Shown here one piece after another: positions 18,831 to 28,997 of a stretch of DNA of 64,000 nt. Within the stretch, counting starts at the first letter, position 1. Every line of letters starts with the position of its first letter. The notes beneath the pieces are model-generated. The model had not been told where the DNA came from, made no database searches, and was given only the letters and a program-made list of their open reading frames with translations. Both the position numbers and the translations under genes were made by a program. Origin of the DNA: an uncultured Thermoleophilia bacterium (GTDB lineage: Bacteria > Actinomycetota > Thermoleophilia > UBA2241); the NCBI GenBank assembly GCA_963702475.1, contig CAVPCT010000004.1, positions 256,001 through 320,000 of the forward strand, read 5' to 3'.

Positions 18831-19919
18831 TCAGCACGTATCGCCGGTGCTCCCGCCGCCCTGCCCGCCGTCCGCGATGGCGCGGGCGATATCGGCGAAG
18901 GCGGCGCCGACCGGGGTGGTCGGGTCGAGGGCGGCCGGCGCTCCCGTGTCGCCGCCCTCCCGCGTGGCCTCGTCCAGGGGAATGCGACCGAGCAGTCTGG
19001 TGTCCATGAGCCTCGCAATCTCGTAGGCCCCGCCGCGCCCGAAGATGTAGTGGCGGCTGCCGCAGTCCGGGCAGATGTAGTACGACATGTTCTCCACCAC
19101 GCCCAGCACGTGCTGCTTGGTCATGCGAGCCATCTTGGCCGCCTTGACCGCGGTGCGCGAGGCGGCCTCCTGCGGCGTGGTGACGATGACCAGTTCGGCT
19201 CCGGGGATCAGCTGCGCGACGGTGAGGGCGATGTCGCCGGTCCCCGGCGGGAGGTCGATGAGGAGGAAGTCGGGGCTGCCCCACAGGACGTCGCCGAGGA
19301 ACTGCTCGATTGCCTTGCCGAGCATGGGTCCGCGCCAGATCACCGGCTCGTTGTCGGGCAAGAAGAAGCCCATGGAGACCACCTTCACGCCGTGGGCCTC
19401 CGGGGGAAGCATCTTGCCCTCGTGAGCGGTGGGAGGGACGGAGGCCAGGCCCATCATGAGGGGCATCGTCGGCCCGTAGACATCGGCGTCGATGAGCGCA
19501 ACGGCGTGTCCCTGTTGTGCGAGGGCGACGGCGAGGTTGGCGGTGACTGTGGACTTGCCTACGCCGCCTTTGCCGCTGGCGACGGCGACAGTACGCGTCT
19601 TCGAGCCCGGGCCGAAGAGGCTCTGGACCATCTGGTTGCGGCCTTTCAGCCTGTCGGCGAGCGCGTCGCGCTCTTCGCACGACATGGCGTCGAGCTTGAC
19701 CTCGACGGTGCGGCCGCCGGCGATCTCGGTGAGCGCCCGCTCGGCCTCCGCGCGGATCTGGTTGCGCAGAGGGCAGCCGGCGGTGGTGAGCACGATGGTC
19801 GCACCGATGCGATGGTCGTCCACGACGATGTCGCGCACCATGCCGAGCTCGACCACGCTACGCTGCAGTTCCGGGTCCTGGACGGCAGACAGCGCGCGCC
19901 GGACGTCTTCGTGGGTCAC
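18831..19919 (-). CDS. mrp: Mrp/NBP35 (ApbC) Fe-S cluster carrier ATPase
   Basis: Motifs DPEL..GCP, SGKGGVGKST, WRGPM, DLPPGTGD and ENMS..CPDC. Confidence 0.95.
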   Translation of the reverse strand: MTHEDVRRALSAVQDPELQRSVVELGMVRDIVVDDHRIGATIVLTTAGCPLRNQIRAEAERALTEIAGGRTVEVKLDAMSCEERDALADRLKGRNQMVQSLFGPGSKTRTVAVASGKGGVGKSTVTANLAVALAQQGHAVALIDADVYGPTMPLMMGLASVPPTAHEGKMLPPEAHGVKVVSMGFFLPDNEPVIWRGPMLGKAIEQFLGDVLWGSPDFLLIDLPPGTGDIALTVAQLIPGAELVIVTTPQEAASRTAVKAAKMARMTKQHVLGVVENMSYYICPDCGSRHYIFGRGGAYEIARLMDTRLLGRIPLDEATREGGDTGAPAALDPTTPVGAAFADIARAIADGGQGGGSTGDTC

Positions 19920-20166
19920 GGGATCCTCCGCTCCTCGCTTGCGATGCGTTCCGTTCTGTACCCGTGGGGTGGCCGGCGCAGTCCGGGGGGCGGCAGGGCG
20001 GACTCACTGGTGGACGCTTCGCCGGTGGCGGACGCGCAGTCTTCAACGGTTCTTCACAAGTAGTGTGTACCATGGCACACACAAGGGCGGCTCGGTGTCC
20101 CGGTGGATGGGCGCCTTGCGCCGAAGGGGTGCGACAGGGTCGCGCCTGGATGAAAGGGTGTCCCGC

Positions 20167-20661
20167 GTGAGGAAACACTGGAAGACCATGGTCGTGGCCG
20201 TGGTGGTCGCCGTGCTCGGGTTGTCCGTCGTCGCCGTGGCCTACGGCGCCACGAAATCCGGGTCGGGCAAGAGGCCCAGGAGCTTCGCAGCCGCATGCGC
20301 GCAGCTCTTCAAGGATCCGCAGGCTGTGAAGGACATGCAGGCGCTGCGTGGCGAGCACCAGAAGGAGATGCAGGACTGGTGGGCCAGGTACGGCAGCGAT
20401 CCCAGGAGCGCAGAAGCCCGGGCTGCGCTCAAGGCCCTTCGCACCGAGCACTGGAACGACATGAAAGCGCTCTTCGAGAAGTACGGCGTCAAGCTCCCGG
20501 CGAACGCGGGGCCGAACAGCCTCGGCGGGTTCGGGATGATGAGGGGCGGCGGCTGTGGCGGGGCCGGCTGCAGTGCCGCCGGCGCGGGGTGCGGCGGCTC
20601 CGGCCAAGGCTCCGGCACCGGGGCCGGGTACGGCGGCATGATGGGCGGCGGGACCTACTGA
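20167..20661 (+). CDS. Exported helical protein with Gly/Met/Cys-rich tail (Spy/ZraP-like architecture)
   Basis: Signal-peptide-like N-terminus, two helical repeats (ALRGEH / ALRTEH) and tail GMMRGGGCGGAGC..GYGGMMGG. Confidence 0.75.
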   Translation: MRKHWKTMVVAVVVAVLGLSVVAVAYGATKSGSGKRPRSFAAACAQLFKDPQAVKDMQALRGEHQKEMQDWWARYGSDPRSAEARAALKALRTEHWNDMKALFEKYGVKLPANAGPNSLGGFGMMRGGGCGGAGCSAAGAGCGGSGQGSGTGAGYGGMMGGGTY

Positions 20662-20672
20662 GCGCCCGCCGA

Positions 20673-20688
20673 CGTTTCACGTGAAACA
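20673..20688. promoter_or_regulatory. parS: parS chromosome partition site
   Basis: CGTTTCACGTGAAACA, 15/16 match to TGTTTCACGTGAAACA. It is intergenic, and parAB lie in the same window. Confidence 0.9.
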
Positions 20689-20713
20689 CCGCGGCTCCAA
20701 GGGTCGCGACACT

Positions 20714-20751
20714 CGACGAGAAGGGGCCCCGGCAGGGGCCCCTTCTCGTCG
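20714..20751. terminator. Hairpin terminator between convergent genes
   Basis: 17-bp perfect stem CGACGAGAAGGGGCCCC-ggca-GGGGCCCCTTCTCGTCG. Confidence 0.8.
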
Positions 20752-20789
20752 TCCGGCAGTGGGGCGGACCGCTCGGGCCCGTCGATGCT

Positions 20790-21863
20790 TCAGGCTCTGA
20801 TGTTGACCGCCTCCGGGTTGCCGGCTCCGGTGGCGTAGGTGTCCCTGAAGATCTCCATCAGCACCGGGCTCTCGCGGACGACCTCGAGCGAGATCACGGC
20901 GTGGTCCTTCGTGTAGCCGTTGCCGATGATCATGGTCGTGTCGGCGCCGATGCCCTCGGCGCCGAGGGCGGCCGACGTGAAGCTCGTCGCCATGGAGAAG
21001 AAGTAGACGAGCCCGTCGTCCTTCGTGGCCAGGATCGACGCCATCTCGGTGTTCGGGATGTCGACGCAGTTGATCGTGAGATCGGCCATCTCCCCGTCGG
21101 TGGCCTTCTGGACCTCTTCGTACACGAACAGCTGGTCGGTCGCCGAGCCTTGGATGATGACGTCGGCGAACCCGGCCTTCTCGAGCCGCTTCCTGCCGGC
21201 GTCACCGTGCACCAGGCAGATCACCTTCCCCGTCGGCTTCACGCGCTTTCTCGCTTCGTAGGCGCAGAGCAGGCCGCTCTTGCCGCCGGCGCCGATGATG
21301 AACACGGTCTGCCCGGGCTTGCTGAGCTTCGCGGCCTGCGCCGGGGCGCCCGCCACGTCCAGGATGGCCAGCGCGAGCGCTTCGTCCATGTCGTCCGGGA
21401 TCCTGGCGTAGATGCCGGTCTCGAACAGGATCGCCTGCGCCTTGACCCGCACCTGACAGGTGTCCTTGTTGACCGAGATGACCTCGTCGACCTTGAGAGG
21501 TGTCAGGGAGAGGGACACGAGTGTCGCGATGCGGTCGCCGACCTTCAGGTCGCGGTCGGCCAGCTTGGGGCCAATGGCCGCGACCGTGCCCAGCAACATG
21601 CCGCCCGAACCAGTGTCCGGGTTGTGGTGCTTGCCGCGCTTCGCGATGATCTCCAGGCTGTGGCGGGCCATCCTCCCGACGTCCCCGCCCTCGGCCTCCT
21701 CGATCTGCGTGAAGCTTGCCGCGTCGATGTTCAGCGTGTCGACGTCGATGAGGATCTCGTTGTCGTAGATCTCCATCGTGTTGTCGATCTTCCACGCCGG
21801 CTGCGGCAGGACGCCTTTGGGCTCCAGCACCCGGTGCGCACCGAACTTGTTGCCTTCTTTCAT
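20790..21863 (-). CDS. kdd: L-erythro-3,5-diaminohexanoate dehydrogenase
   Basis: GNKFGAHRVLEPKGVLPQPAWK, NIDAASFTQ, NPDTGSGGML and FFSMATSF; located in a kam cluster. Confidence 0.95.
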   Translation of the reverse strand: MKEGNKFGAHRVLEPKGVLPQPAWKIDNTMEIYDNEILIDVDTLNIDAASFTQIEEAEGGDVGRMARHSLEIIAKRGKHHNPDTGSGGMLLGTVAAIGPKLADRDLKVGDRIATLVSLSLTPLKVDEVISVNKDTCQVRVKAQAILFETGIYARIPDDMDEALALAILDVAGAPAQAAKLSKPGQTVFIIGAGGKSGLLCAYEARKRVKPTGKVICLVHGDAGRKRLEKAGFADVIIQGSATDQLFVYEEVQKATDGEMADLTINCVDIPNTEMASILATKDDGLVYFFSMATSFTSAALGAEGIGADTTMIIGNGYTKDHAVISLEVVRESPVLMEIFRDTYATGAGNPEAVNIRA

Positions 21864-21936
21864 GCCCCCTCCTTCCGGGTCCGGGGTGGAGCCGGCGCGG
21901 CGATTGCCTCCACCGCGCCGGCGTGACCGCCGGAGC

Positions 21937-23133
21937 TTACGCCTCGATCTTGATGACGGAGCCGGCGCCCTGGCCGCCACCCACACAGGCGCCGGTGAGG
22001 CCGATCTCTTGGCCGCGTTTCTGCAGCTCGTGGATGAGCGTCACGAGCATGCGGGTGCCGGTGTTGCCGAGCGGGTGCCCAAGGGCGACGGCGCCGCCGT
22101 TCACGTTGACGATGTCGGGTTCGAGCCCGAGCTCACGGGTCGCCAGGGCAGCCACGCAGGCGAAGGCCTCGTTGAGCTCGGCGAGCTCGACGTCCTTACT
22201 GGCAAGGCCGGCCTTCTCCAGCGCCTTCTGAGCGGCGACGGTCTCGCCGTAGCCCATGATCGCGGGTTCGACGGCCGCCGTCGCGTAGCTGCACAGCTGC
22301 GCGATGGGCTCGAGGCCGAGCTCGGCGGCCTTCTTGCGCGAGGTCACGACGACCGCGCTGGCCCCGTCGGCGATGGCCGAGGAGTTGCCGGCCGTCACCA
22401 CACCGCCGTCCTTCTTGAAGACCGGCTTGAGGCCGTCGAGCGCCTCCATGGACGTCTCCCGGGGGCACTCATCGGTGTCGATGATCTTCGGGTCGCCCTT
22501 GCGCTGCGGGATCTCTACCGGGACGATCTCGTCCTTGAACCTTCCGGCCTTGATGGCGGCCGTGGCGTTGAGCTGGCTCCTGTAGGCCACCTCGTTCTGC
22601 AGCTCTTTGCTGATGCCGAACCGCTCGCTGAGGTTCTCGGCCGTCAGGCCCATGTGGGTGCCGCCGATCGCGCACCACAGGCCGTCGAGCACCATCGCGT
22701 CGAACATGGGTGCCGAAGGCATGCCCATGCGGTAGCCGCTGCGGCCGTCCTGGAGCAGCCACGGCGCACGGGTCATGTTCTCGGTGCCGCCGACGAGGTA
22801 CAGCTCGCCGTCGCCGGCCTTGATGCTGGACGCTGCCCAGGCGAGCGCCGCCGCGCTCGACACGCAGACGCGGTTCACGGTGACGGCCGGCACGGTCTCC
22901 GGGATGCCGGCTTTGAGCTCGGCCTGGCGGGCGGTGTTCTGCCCCAGGCCGGCCTGGATGACGTTGCCGAACATGACCTCATCCAGTTGCTCGCCCTTGA
23001 CGCCGGCGCGCTCGAGCGCCGCCGTCATGACGATCGCAGCCAGGTCCACCGCGGGGGTACCGGCGAACCCACCCTGGAACTTGCCCTGCGCGGTGCGGAC
23101 CGCAGACAGGATGACGATATCGTTGTCGGACAC
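21937..23133 (-). CDS. Acetyl-CoA C-acyltransferase (thiolase)
   Basis: Motifs NRVC, NEAF, GHPLG and CVGGGQG. GTG start at 23133 after GAGGAGG. Confidence 0.93.
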   Translation of the reverse strand: MSDNDIVILSAVRTAQGKFQGGFAGTPAVDLAAIVMTAALERAGVKGEQLDEVMFGNVIQAGLGQNTARQAELKAGIPETVPAVTVNRVCVSSAAALAWAASSIKAGDGELYLVGGTENMTRAPWLLQDGRSGYRMGMPSAPMFDAMVLDGLWCAIGGTHMGLTAENLSERFGISKELQNEVAYRSQLNATAAIKAGRFKDEIVPVEIPQRKGDPKIIDTDECPRETSMEALDGLKPVFKKDGGVVTAGNSSAIADGASAVVVTSRKKAAELGLEPIAQLCSYATAAVEPAIMGYGETVAAQKALEKAGLASKDVELAELNEAFACVAALATRELGLEPDIVNVNGGAVALGHPLGNTGTRMLVTLIHELQKRGQEIGLTGACVGGGQGAGSVIKIEA

Positions 23134-23235
23134 TGTGGCCTCCTCAGCCGTCACGTGTGGCTGCAGCCCCCTGTGCGCTCTCTACGCACTGCATCACGCA
23201 CACCTGTGTATGTGTTCACAGCCTATGGTACAGGG

Positions 23236-23973
23236 TCACGCATCCTCGTGCCGCCGCACGACCTCCTGGGCCAGGAACGACGCCACCTCGAGCGGCGTGG
23301 TGCGCGGCCCGAAGCCGGCGTCGTACCCCAGTTCCTTGGCGAACGCGTTGTTGATGCGCGGGCCGCCAACGATCAGGACGAACCGCTCTCGCACCCCCTC
23401 CGCCTCCAGCAACTCGATGAGCTGTGTGAGGTGCTGCACGTGGATGTTCTTCTGCGTGACGATCTGGCTGACGAGGATCGCGTCGGCGTCACGCTCCAGC
23501 GCGGTGCGCAGGAGCTGAGCGCAGGGGATCTGCGAGCCCATGTTGAGCGCATCCATCTCCGGGTAACGCTCCAGCCCGTAGTTCCCGGCGAAACCCTTCA
23601 TGTTCATGATCGCGTCGATGCCCACGGTGTGAGCGTCGCTCTCGATGGCCGCGCCGACCACGACGAGCTTGCGCCCGAGCTTCGCCTTGATGAGCGCGTT
23701 GATGGCGTAGTAGTCCATCTCCTCGACCTCGAGGTAGTCGCCCTTCACGTCGTCCGGGTCGATGCCGGTGTCGGTGCGGCCGTACGCCACGTAGAAGGTG
23801 TAGTCGGGGTCGATGGGCTTGCACTCGGCGATCCCCACGGTGTGAAAGCCGAGCGTCTCGAGGAACTGCTTGCCAACGTCGTGGGCCTTGACGGAGTAGG
23901 CGATGGGCAGCGTGAAGGAGAGCTGGATGATGCCGTCGTCACGAGTATCGCCGTACGGCTTTACTAACATCAC
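23236..23973 (-). CDS. kamE: Lysine 5,6-aminomutase beta subunit (adenosylcobalamin/PLP-binding)
   Basis: KPYGDT..DG, DAHTVG (DxHxxG) and MKGFAG..GLERY. Confidence 0.95.
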   Translation of the reverse strand: MMLVKPYGDTRDDGIIQLSFTLPIAYSVKAHDVGKQFLETLGFHTVGIAECKPIDPDYTFYVAYGRTDTGIDPDDVKGDYLEVEEMDYYAINALIKAKLGRKLVVVGAAIESDAHTVGIDAIMNMKGFAGNYGLERYPEMDALNMGSQIPCAQLLRTALERDADAILVSQIVTQKNIHVQHLTQLIELLEAEGVRERFVLIVGGPRINNAFAKELGYDAGFGPRTTPLEVASFLAQEVVRRHEDA

Positions 23974-25613
23974 CGTCCTCCTTTCGCGGCTCCGGCCGGG
24001 ACGCCGGCGGCCGCGCCCTTCCGGGCTGCGAGGGACGCGCCGGGCGGCGGGCCCTCCGGCGGGCCACTCAGGCGCCCGTCGCGCAACGCCGCGAAGAACG
24101 GGTTGAAGTAGTCCTCGCGGCGCCTGAAGACGCCCTCAAAGCCGCGGCCTCCGCCGCGATCGCGCTTCACGTCGGCGAACTCGCCCAGCTCGAGGGCCTT
24201 GAAGAGGCTGATCTCCTGCACGTGCTCGAGCTGGTCCACGGCCTTCTGGAGCTGGTCGTTCGCACGCTGCTCGATGATGCCGCCGGGCCGGAACGTGACC
24301 TCGCCGGCCAGGTCGCGGCAGCTCTCGAACACGTACTTCGCGTTCTTGATGCTCAGGTAGCGGTCCTGGAGCAGCGGCGTGTGCAGCGCCTCAGTGAGCA
24401 TCCCCAGGAGCATGATCTCCTGGCCCGTGAAGATGCCGGTGAAATTGAACATGCCGTCGATGATGTGCCCCTGGAAGATGTCGCCCGGCATGTACTTGGT
24501 GGGCGGCATGTACTTGAGCGGGTAGCCGGGAAACAGCTCGCGGATGAGCTGCGCGTCGGCGATCTGGTAGACGACCTGATCGGGTTTGGCCGGGTTGATC
24601 TCGAAGGCGTGGCCGAGTCCGATCTGCCAAGGTTCGAGGTCGGCGCGCAGCGCAAAGGCCTCGTTGATGAAGTCCGAGCTGACCACTGTGTAGCCCTTCT
24701 CGACGGCGTCCGCTGTGGTCAGGTAGTTGTCCTCGCCGGTGTTGATGATGATGCCGGCGCGCGCGTTGATCAGGCGGCTGAGGTACTGGTCGACGAACGT
24801 CCGCTCCATGTTGATGTTGCGGAAGATGATCCCGTACATCGAGTCGTTGAGCATCATGTCCAGACGCTCGAGCGCCCCCATCGTGGCGATCTCCGGCATA
24901 CAGAGGCCGCTGGCGTAGTTGCACAGGCGGACGTAGCGGCCGAGCTCTTCACCGACCTCGTCGAGGGCGGCGCGCATGAGGCGGAAGTTCTCCTGGGTGG
25001 CGTAGGTGCCGCCGAAGCCCTCAGTGGTCTCGCCGTAGGGCACGTAGTCCAGCAGGCTCTGCGCGGTGGTGCGGATCACGGCGATCACATCCGCGCCGGC
25101 GCGGGCCGCGGCTTTCGCCTGGGCGGCGTCCTCGTAGATGTTGCCGGTGGCGACGATGACGTACACGTAGGGCTTCACCGGCTCGCCGACCGTGGCGACG
25201 AGTTGGTTGCGGTGCGCGCGGACGGCGTCGATACGCGCGACGCCGGCGGCGGCGAGATTCGCCGCACGGGCCTCTGCGGCCGCACGCCGCTCACCCGGCA
25301 CCTCCGCCAGCGAAAGGTCGCCGGAGGCGACGCCCTCAGCGGCCTGCTGTGCATCGCGTCCTGTCTGAAGCATCAGGTCGACGAACGGGAGCATCACTCC
25401 GCCCGGCAGCAGCTCCCGGGCGTGTTCAACGACCACGTTGACCAGCGGCACGTCGATCTCGTTCACGCCGGCGACACCCAGCAGCCGGAGCGTGGCGCGC
25501 TCAGTGCTGTCGGTGGTATGCGCCTCGATGTGCTCCTGGATGTCGTCGGCAATGGCCTCGGCGGCCGCGCGGGCGCGCGCCACCAGGCCGTCGTCCAGAC
25601 GAAGGGCGTTCAC
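23970..25613 (-). CDS. kamD: Lysine 5,6-aminomutase alpha subunit
   Basis: IVATGNIYED, QSLLDYVPYG, GFGGTYATQENF, NYASGLCMPE and PLKYMPPTK. Confidence 0.97.
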   Translation of the reverse strand: MNALRLDDGLVARARAAAEAIADDIQEHIEAHTTDSTERATLRLLGVAGVNEIDVPLVNVVVEHARELLPGGVMLPFVDLMLQTGRDAQQAAEGVASGDLSLAEVPGERRAAAEARAANLAAAGVARIDAVRAHRNQLVATVGEPVKPYVYVIVATGNIYEDAAQAKAAARAGADVIAVIRTTAQSLLDYVPYGETTEGFGGTYATQENFRLMRAALDEVGEELGRYVRLCNYASGLCMPEIATMGALERLDMMLNDSMYGIIFRNINMERTFVDQYLSRLINARAGIIINTGEDNYLTTADAVEKGYTVVSSDFINEAFALRADLEPWQIGLGHAFEINPAKPDQVVYQIADAQLIRELFPGYPLKYMPPTKYMPGDIFQGHIIDGMFNFTGIFTGQEIMLLGMLTEALHTPLLQDRYLSIKNAKYVFESCRDLAGEVTFRPGGIIEQRANDQLQKAVDQLEHVQEISLFKALELGEFADVKRDRGGGRGFEGVFRRREDYFNPFFAALRDGRLSGPPEGPPPGASLAARKGAAAGVPAGAAKGGR

Positions 25614-26752
25614 GGCATCACCTGCTTTCCTCCGAAGGGTTCAGGCGCCGCTGCATCGTCGGTTGCGGCGAGCCCGTTGACGACGTCGAACAGGGGGACG
25701 CGGTCGCCCGTCGCTGCGGCTACCGCGTGGAAGAACTCTTTGGGCCGGTACGGCTGCGGCACGCGAAAGGAGTTCGCTGTCACCGCAAGGAGACGCAGGG
25801 GCGTGAGCACCTCCACGGCCACACCGCGGCGCAGCAGTCGCGCTACGCCCACCGGCGGCAGGACGAGCACGGTCGGGTCGCGGACCACCAGCCTGAGCGC
25901 GCGGCGAGGCGGGAGCACTCTCACCAAGTCATCCACGAACTCCTGCGTGAGGGCGCCGCCCACGTAGAGCAGGCGGGCGCCAAGGCGATCCACCCGGCGC
26001 GCCACGGTCACGCCCTCACCGACGACACTGTGAAGCTCGAGCGGTTCGGCGTGGCCGTGCTCGTCCACACACACGGCACGGCGCCCGTCCGCGATGTACG
26101 GTTGGAGCAGGGCGCGGGTACCGTCGTCCGGCGCCGGCAGCGTGAGCATCTCGACCGCGGCTGCGGTCGTCTCGACGACGTCGTCGAGGGTGTCGCCGAC
26201 CATGCCTCCGGTGGCCAGCACGAGGCCGTCGCTCACGCGAGGCGAGGCGCTGCCGATGCGGTTGATGGCCCCGTCCACCAGGACCTGCGCGGCACCCAGC
26301 GCCTGAAGCCTCGCGACGGTGGAGCTGAGCTCGGCCAGCGTAGTGGGACCGCTGACCTCCACCTCACCGCCCTCGGACCGACCGATGACGACGCGGCCCA
26401 GGGGCGTATGGAAGGGGAGCTCCTCCACGACCTCGAGCTCACAGTGCGAGCGCTGGAGCGAGCCGCGCGTTGTGGCCACCAGTGTGCCCGGCGGCGGCGA
26501 GATCCTCGGCTTGGCCAGTCCGGTGAGGTGGTCGGTGCGCTCGCCGTCAAGGCCGAGCGACGTAAGACCGAGGCAGCGAGCGTCCGCGGCCAGCAGGGCG
26601 TTGACGACCGTGGTCTTGCCGGCGTTCTTGACCAGCCCGATCACGGCCAAGGAGCGGCAGCCCGACCCTGCCACCAGGTCGTGCAGCGCCGTCACCGTAG
26701 CCTCGTCGGGGCGCGCGGCGCCGCGCGCCTTGACGGGGTTCACGGCATCCAT
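25610..26752 (-). CDS. kamB: Lysine 5,6-aminomutase reactivase subunit KamB-like
   Basis: IGLVKNAGKTT P-loop, TSLGLDGE..D, TPLG and VDGA; directly upstream of kamD. Confidence 0.8.
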   Translation of the reverse strand: MDAVNPVKARGAARPDEATVTALHDLVAGSGCRSLAVIGLVKNAGKTTVVNALLAADARCLGLTSLGLDGERTDHLTGLAKPRISPPPGTLVATTRGSLQRSHCELEVVEELPFHTPLGRVVIGRSEGGEVEVSGPTTLAELSSTVARLQALGAAQVLVDGAINRIGSASPRVSDGLVLATGGMVGDTLDDVVETTAAAVEMLTLPAPDDGTRALLQPYIADGRRAVCVDEHGHAEPLELHSVVGEGVTVARRVDRLGARLLYVGGALTQEFVDDLVRVLPPRRALRLVVRDPTVLVLPPVGVARLLRRGVAVEVLTPLRLLAVTANSFRVPQPYRPKEFFHAVAAATGDRVPLFDVVNGLAATDDAAAPEPFGGKQVMP

Positions 26753-27468
26753 GGCGCGTGCGCCTCCCCTCCAGGGTCCCCCACGGGGCCGGGCTCGCCG
26801 TTCGTCGGGCCGCCGTGGCGGATCTCCTTGAGGTAGCTGAAGATGGTGTAGCGCGAGAGGTCCAGCGCCTCTGCGACCTGCTCCGCCGACCGCTTGACCA
26901 GGAAAGCCCCGCGCTCTTCGAGACGCTTGACGACCTCCATCTTCTCGTCCCGGGACATGGCTTGCGGCGTCTTGCCCATCTCGCCGAGGATGCCCGTGAT
27001 CATGCCGGCCACCACGTCGCGGATGTCGCCGGCGAAGATCTCGTCCTCCGGCGCGCCCTCGGCGCCGGCGCGGCCGGCGGCCGTGAGGCGCGAGAGAGCA
27101 CGCTGCGCCTGCACCAGCGCGGAGACGTCGACGTTGAGGCCGAGCAGACCGTAGGGAGCGCCGCCCTCCTCGCGCAGCGTGACGGCGAGCGACTTGATGA
27201 TCTTGCCGTCGCGCGACGTGAGGTAGAGCCGTACGTCCTGGCCGTCGCCGGCGTTGCGCAGCGTGCGGAGCATCCGGTCGGTGGGCGGGTCGCCGACCTT
27301 GCGGCCGGTGACGGCGCCGTTCTCGATGGCCACGATGGAATGCGGTACGCGAGCGACATCGTGCAGCACGACCTCGCAGTCGGGGCCGAACATCTCTGCG
27401 AGACCCTGCACGACGGGCACCAGCGCCCGGAGGCGCGCATCCAGCGGTCCGGGGGACTCCGGGTCCAT
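26740..27468 (-). CDS. YheO/DauR-like regulator (PAS_6 + HTH_22)
   Basis: FGPDCEVVLHD, AIENGAVTGRKVG, GAFLVK and SRYTIFSYL. Confidence 0.92.
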   Translation of the reverse strand: MDPESPGPLDARLRALVPVVQGLAEMFGPDCEVVLHDVARVPHSIVAIENGAVTGRKVGDPPTDRMLRTLRNAGDGQDVRLYLTSRDGKIIKSLAVTLREEGGAPYGLLGLNVDVSALVQAQRALSRLTAAGRAGAEGAPEDEIFAGDIRDVVAGMITGILGEMGKTPQAMSRDEKMEVVKRLEERGAFLVKRSAEQVAEALDLSRYTIFSYLKEIRHGGPTNGEPGPVGDPGGEAHAPWMP

Positions 27469-27531
27469 GGCTCTCCGCGAACCCGGCGGTGGCGCCGGGG
27501 CCCCAAGGCGCCGGTGCGTCCTCGGACGTCA

Positions 27532-27561
27532 GGTATACACCGCGACGGCGTTGCGTGTCAA
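27532..27561 (-). promoter_or_regulatory. Sigma70-type promoter of the kam operon
   Basis: TTGACA-N18-TATACC on the minus strand. Confidence 0.55.
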
Positions 27562-27669
27562 AAAGAGTGGCGCCCTTATCTGTAAAAGTGGGAGGCGACG
27601 CTGGAAAGCAGCAGACCGATGTGCGGCCCGGAAGCGCTGCGCCACCGGGCCGCCCGCGTGTCTTGCAGC

Positions 27670-28860
27670 TCAGCCGGCCGGTCGCGCGACGAGCGTCGCC
27701 TGCACGGTGCGGGTGCCGTTCTTGTCCACCAGCGTCAGCGTCACGGTGTCGCCCGGCTTCTTGGTGCCGAGAAAGGCGACCAGGCCATCGAAGCTGGCGA
27801 TCTCGGTGTCGTCCGCCTTGACGATGACGTCGCCGCCCACGACGTACGTCTGACCCCCGACGTCGACCTGCTCGCTGCCGCCCTTGATGCCGGCCTTGGC
27901 CGCGGGGCTACCGGTGCTGACCGTCTCGATGAGGGCACCGGACTCCAGGTCGAGACCGGCCGCCTTCGCGACGTCGGGGGTGAGCGCGCTCCCGCCGACG
28001 CCGAGCCACGCGTATTCGACCTTGCCGCCCGACTTCAGCTGGTCCATGGAGCTCACAGCCTGGTTGATGGGCACCGCGAACCCGAGCCCCTGGTTGCCTC
28101 CGGTATCGGTGGCGATCTGCTCGTTGATGCCAATGACCCTGCCGGCGGCGTCGATCAACGGGCCGCCGGAGTTGCCGGGGTTGATGGCCGCGTCGGTCTG
28201 GATTCCGTTCGGGATCCTCTGACCGTTGGGCGCCTGGAGTGTGCGGCCGACCGCGGAGACGATGCCCGAGGTGATGGAGAAGTCGTAGCCCAGGGGGTTG
28301 CCGATCGCGACCACGGGCTCGCCGACGGTGACCTCGTCCGAGTCGCCTATGGGCAGGGGCTTGAGGTCCACGCCGGTCGGCTCGACCTTGATCACGGCCA
28401 CGTCGCCGCCGATGTCGATGCCGACGATGGAGCCCGGGACCTGCTGCGTCTTGCCGCCGCCCTTGTTGAAGAGGACGGTGACGCTGCTGGCGTTCTGGCC
28501 CTCATCCTGCACCACATGGGCATTGGTGAGGATGTAGCCCTCCTCATCCACGACGAAGCCGGTGCCGAGCGCCTGGCCGCTCTGTGACTGGCCGAAGATG
28601 TCGAAGCCGGAGTTGTCGAAGTCCGACTGGATCGCGACTACGCCGCCGGACAGGTTCTGGTAGATCTCCTCCGGCGTGTACCCGTCGCCTCCGCTCGTTC
28701 CGGACGATACTGCCGCGGGAGCGTTCTCCCCAGCCTCTTGGATCACGGTCTGCCTGATCTCCCCGAAGTCGAAGACCAGGACCAGCACAAGGATGACCAG
28801 CGCGGCGCCGACGGCCCCCCCGCCCATCCCCAGGAGGAACCCTCTCATCTTGGTGGCCAT
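27670..28860 (-). CDS. HtrA/DegP-family membrane-anchored serine protease with PDZ domain
   Basis: TM anchor, TNAHV, DVAVIK, DAAINPGNSGGPL and a PDZ domain. ATG 28860 after AGGAAAGG. Confidence 0.95.
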   Translation of the reverse strand: MATKMRGFLLGMGGGAVGAALVILVLVLVFDFGEIRQTVIQEAGENAPAAVSSGTSGGDGYTPEEIYQNLSGGVVAIQSDFDNSGFDIFGQSQSGQALGTGFVVDEEGYILTNAHVVQDEGQNASSVTVLFNKGGGKTQQVPGSIVGIDIGGDVAVIKVEPTGVDLKPLPIGDSDEVTVGEPVVAIGNPLGYDFSITSGIVSAVGRTLQAPNGQRIPNGIQTDAAINPGNSGGPLIDAAGRVIGINEQIATDTGGNQGLGFAVPINQAVSSMDQLKSGGKVEYAWLGVGGSALTPDVAKAAGLDLESGALIETVSTGSPAAKAGIKGGSEQVDVGGQTYVVGGDVIVKADDTEIASFDGLVAFLGTKKPGDTVTLTLVDKNGTRTVQATLVARPAG

Positions 28861-28997
28861 CGTCGTCCTTTCCTGCGGTCTGCGTCGTGTGCGCCGCGCA
28901 TGCATGTGGGACCGCTCACGCGCGGCGCGTGTGTTCTTCCCATGTCTTTAACTGCGCCGCCCGGCGCGTTGAGTAACGTGCGGCGCCGCACCGAGCC

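Noticed and set aside
27469-27669. Lysine riboswitch upstream of the kam operon
   Set aside because: The leader after the predicted promoter is only about 55 nt and has no L-box consensus.
28930-28955. TCTTCC-catg-TCTTTA repeat upstream of htrA as a response-regulator box
   Set aside because: Degenerate, with 10-bp spacing; plausible but too weak to call.
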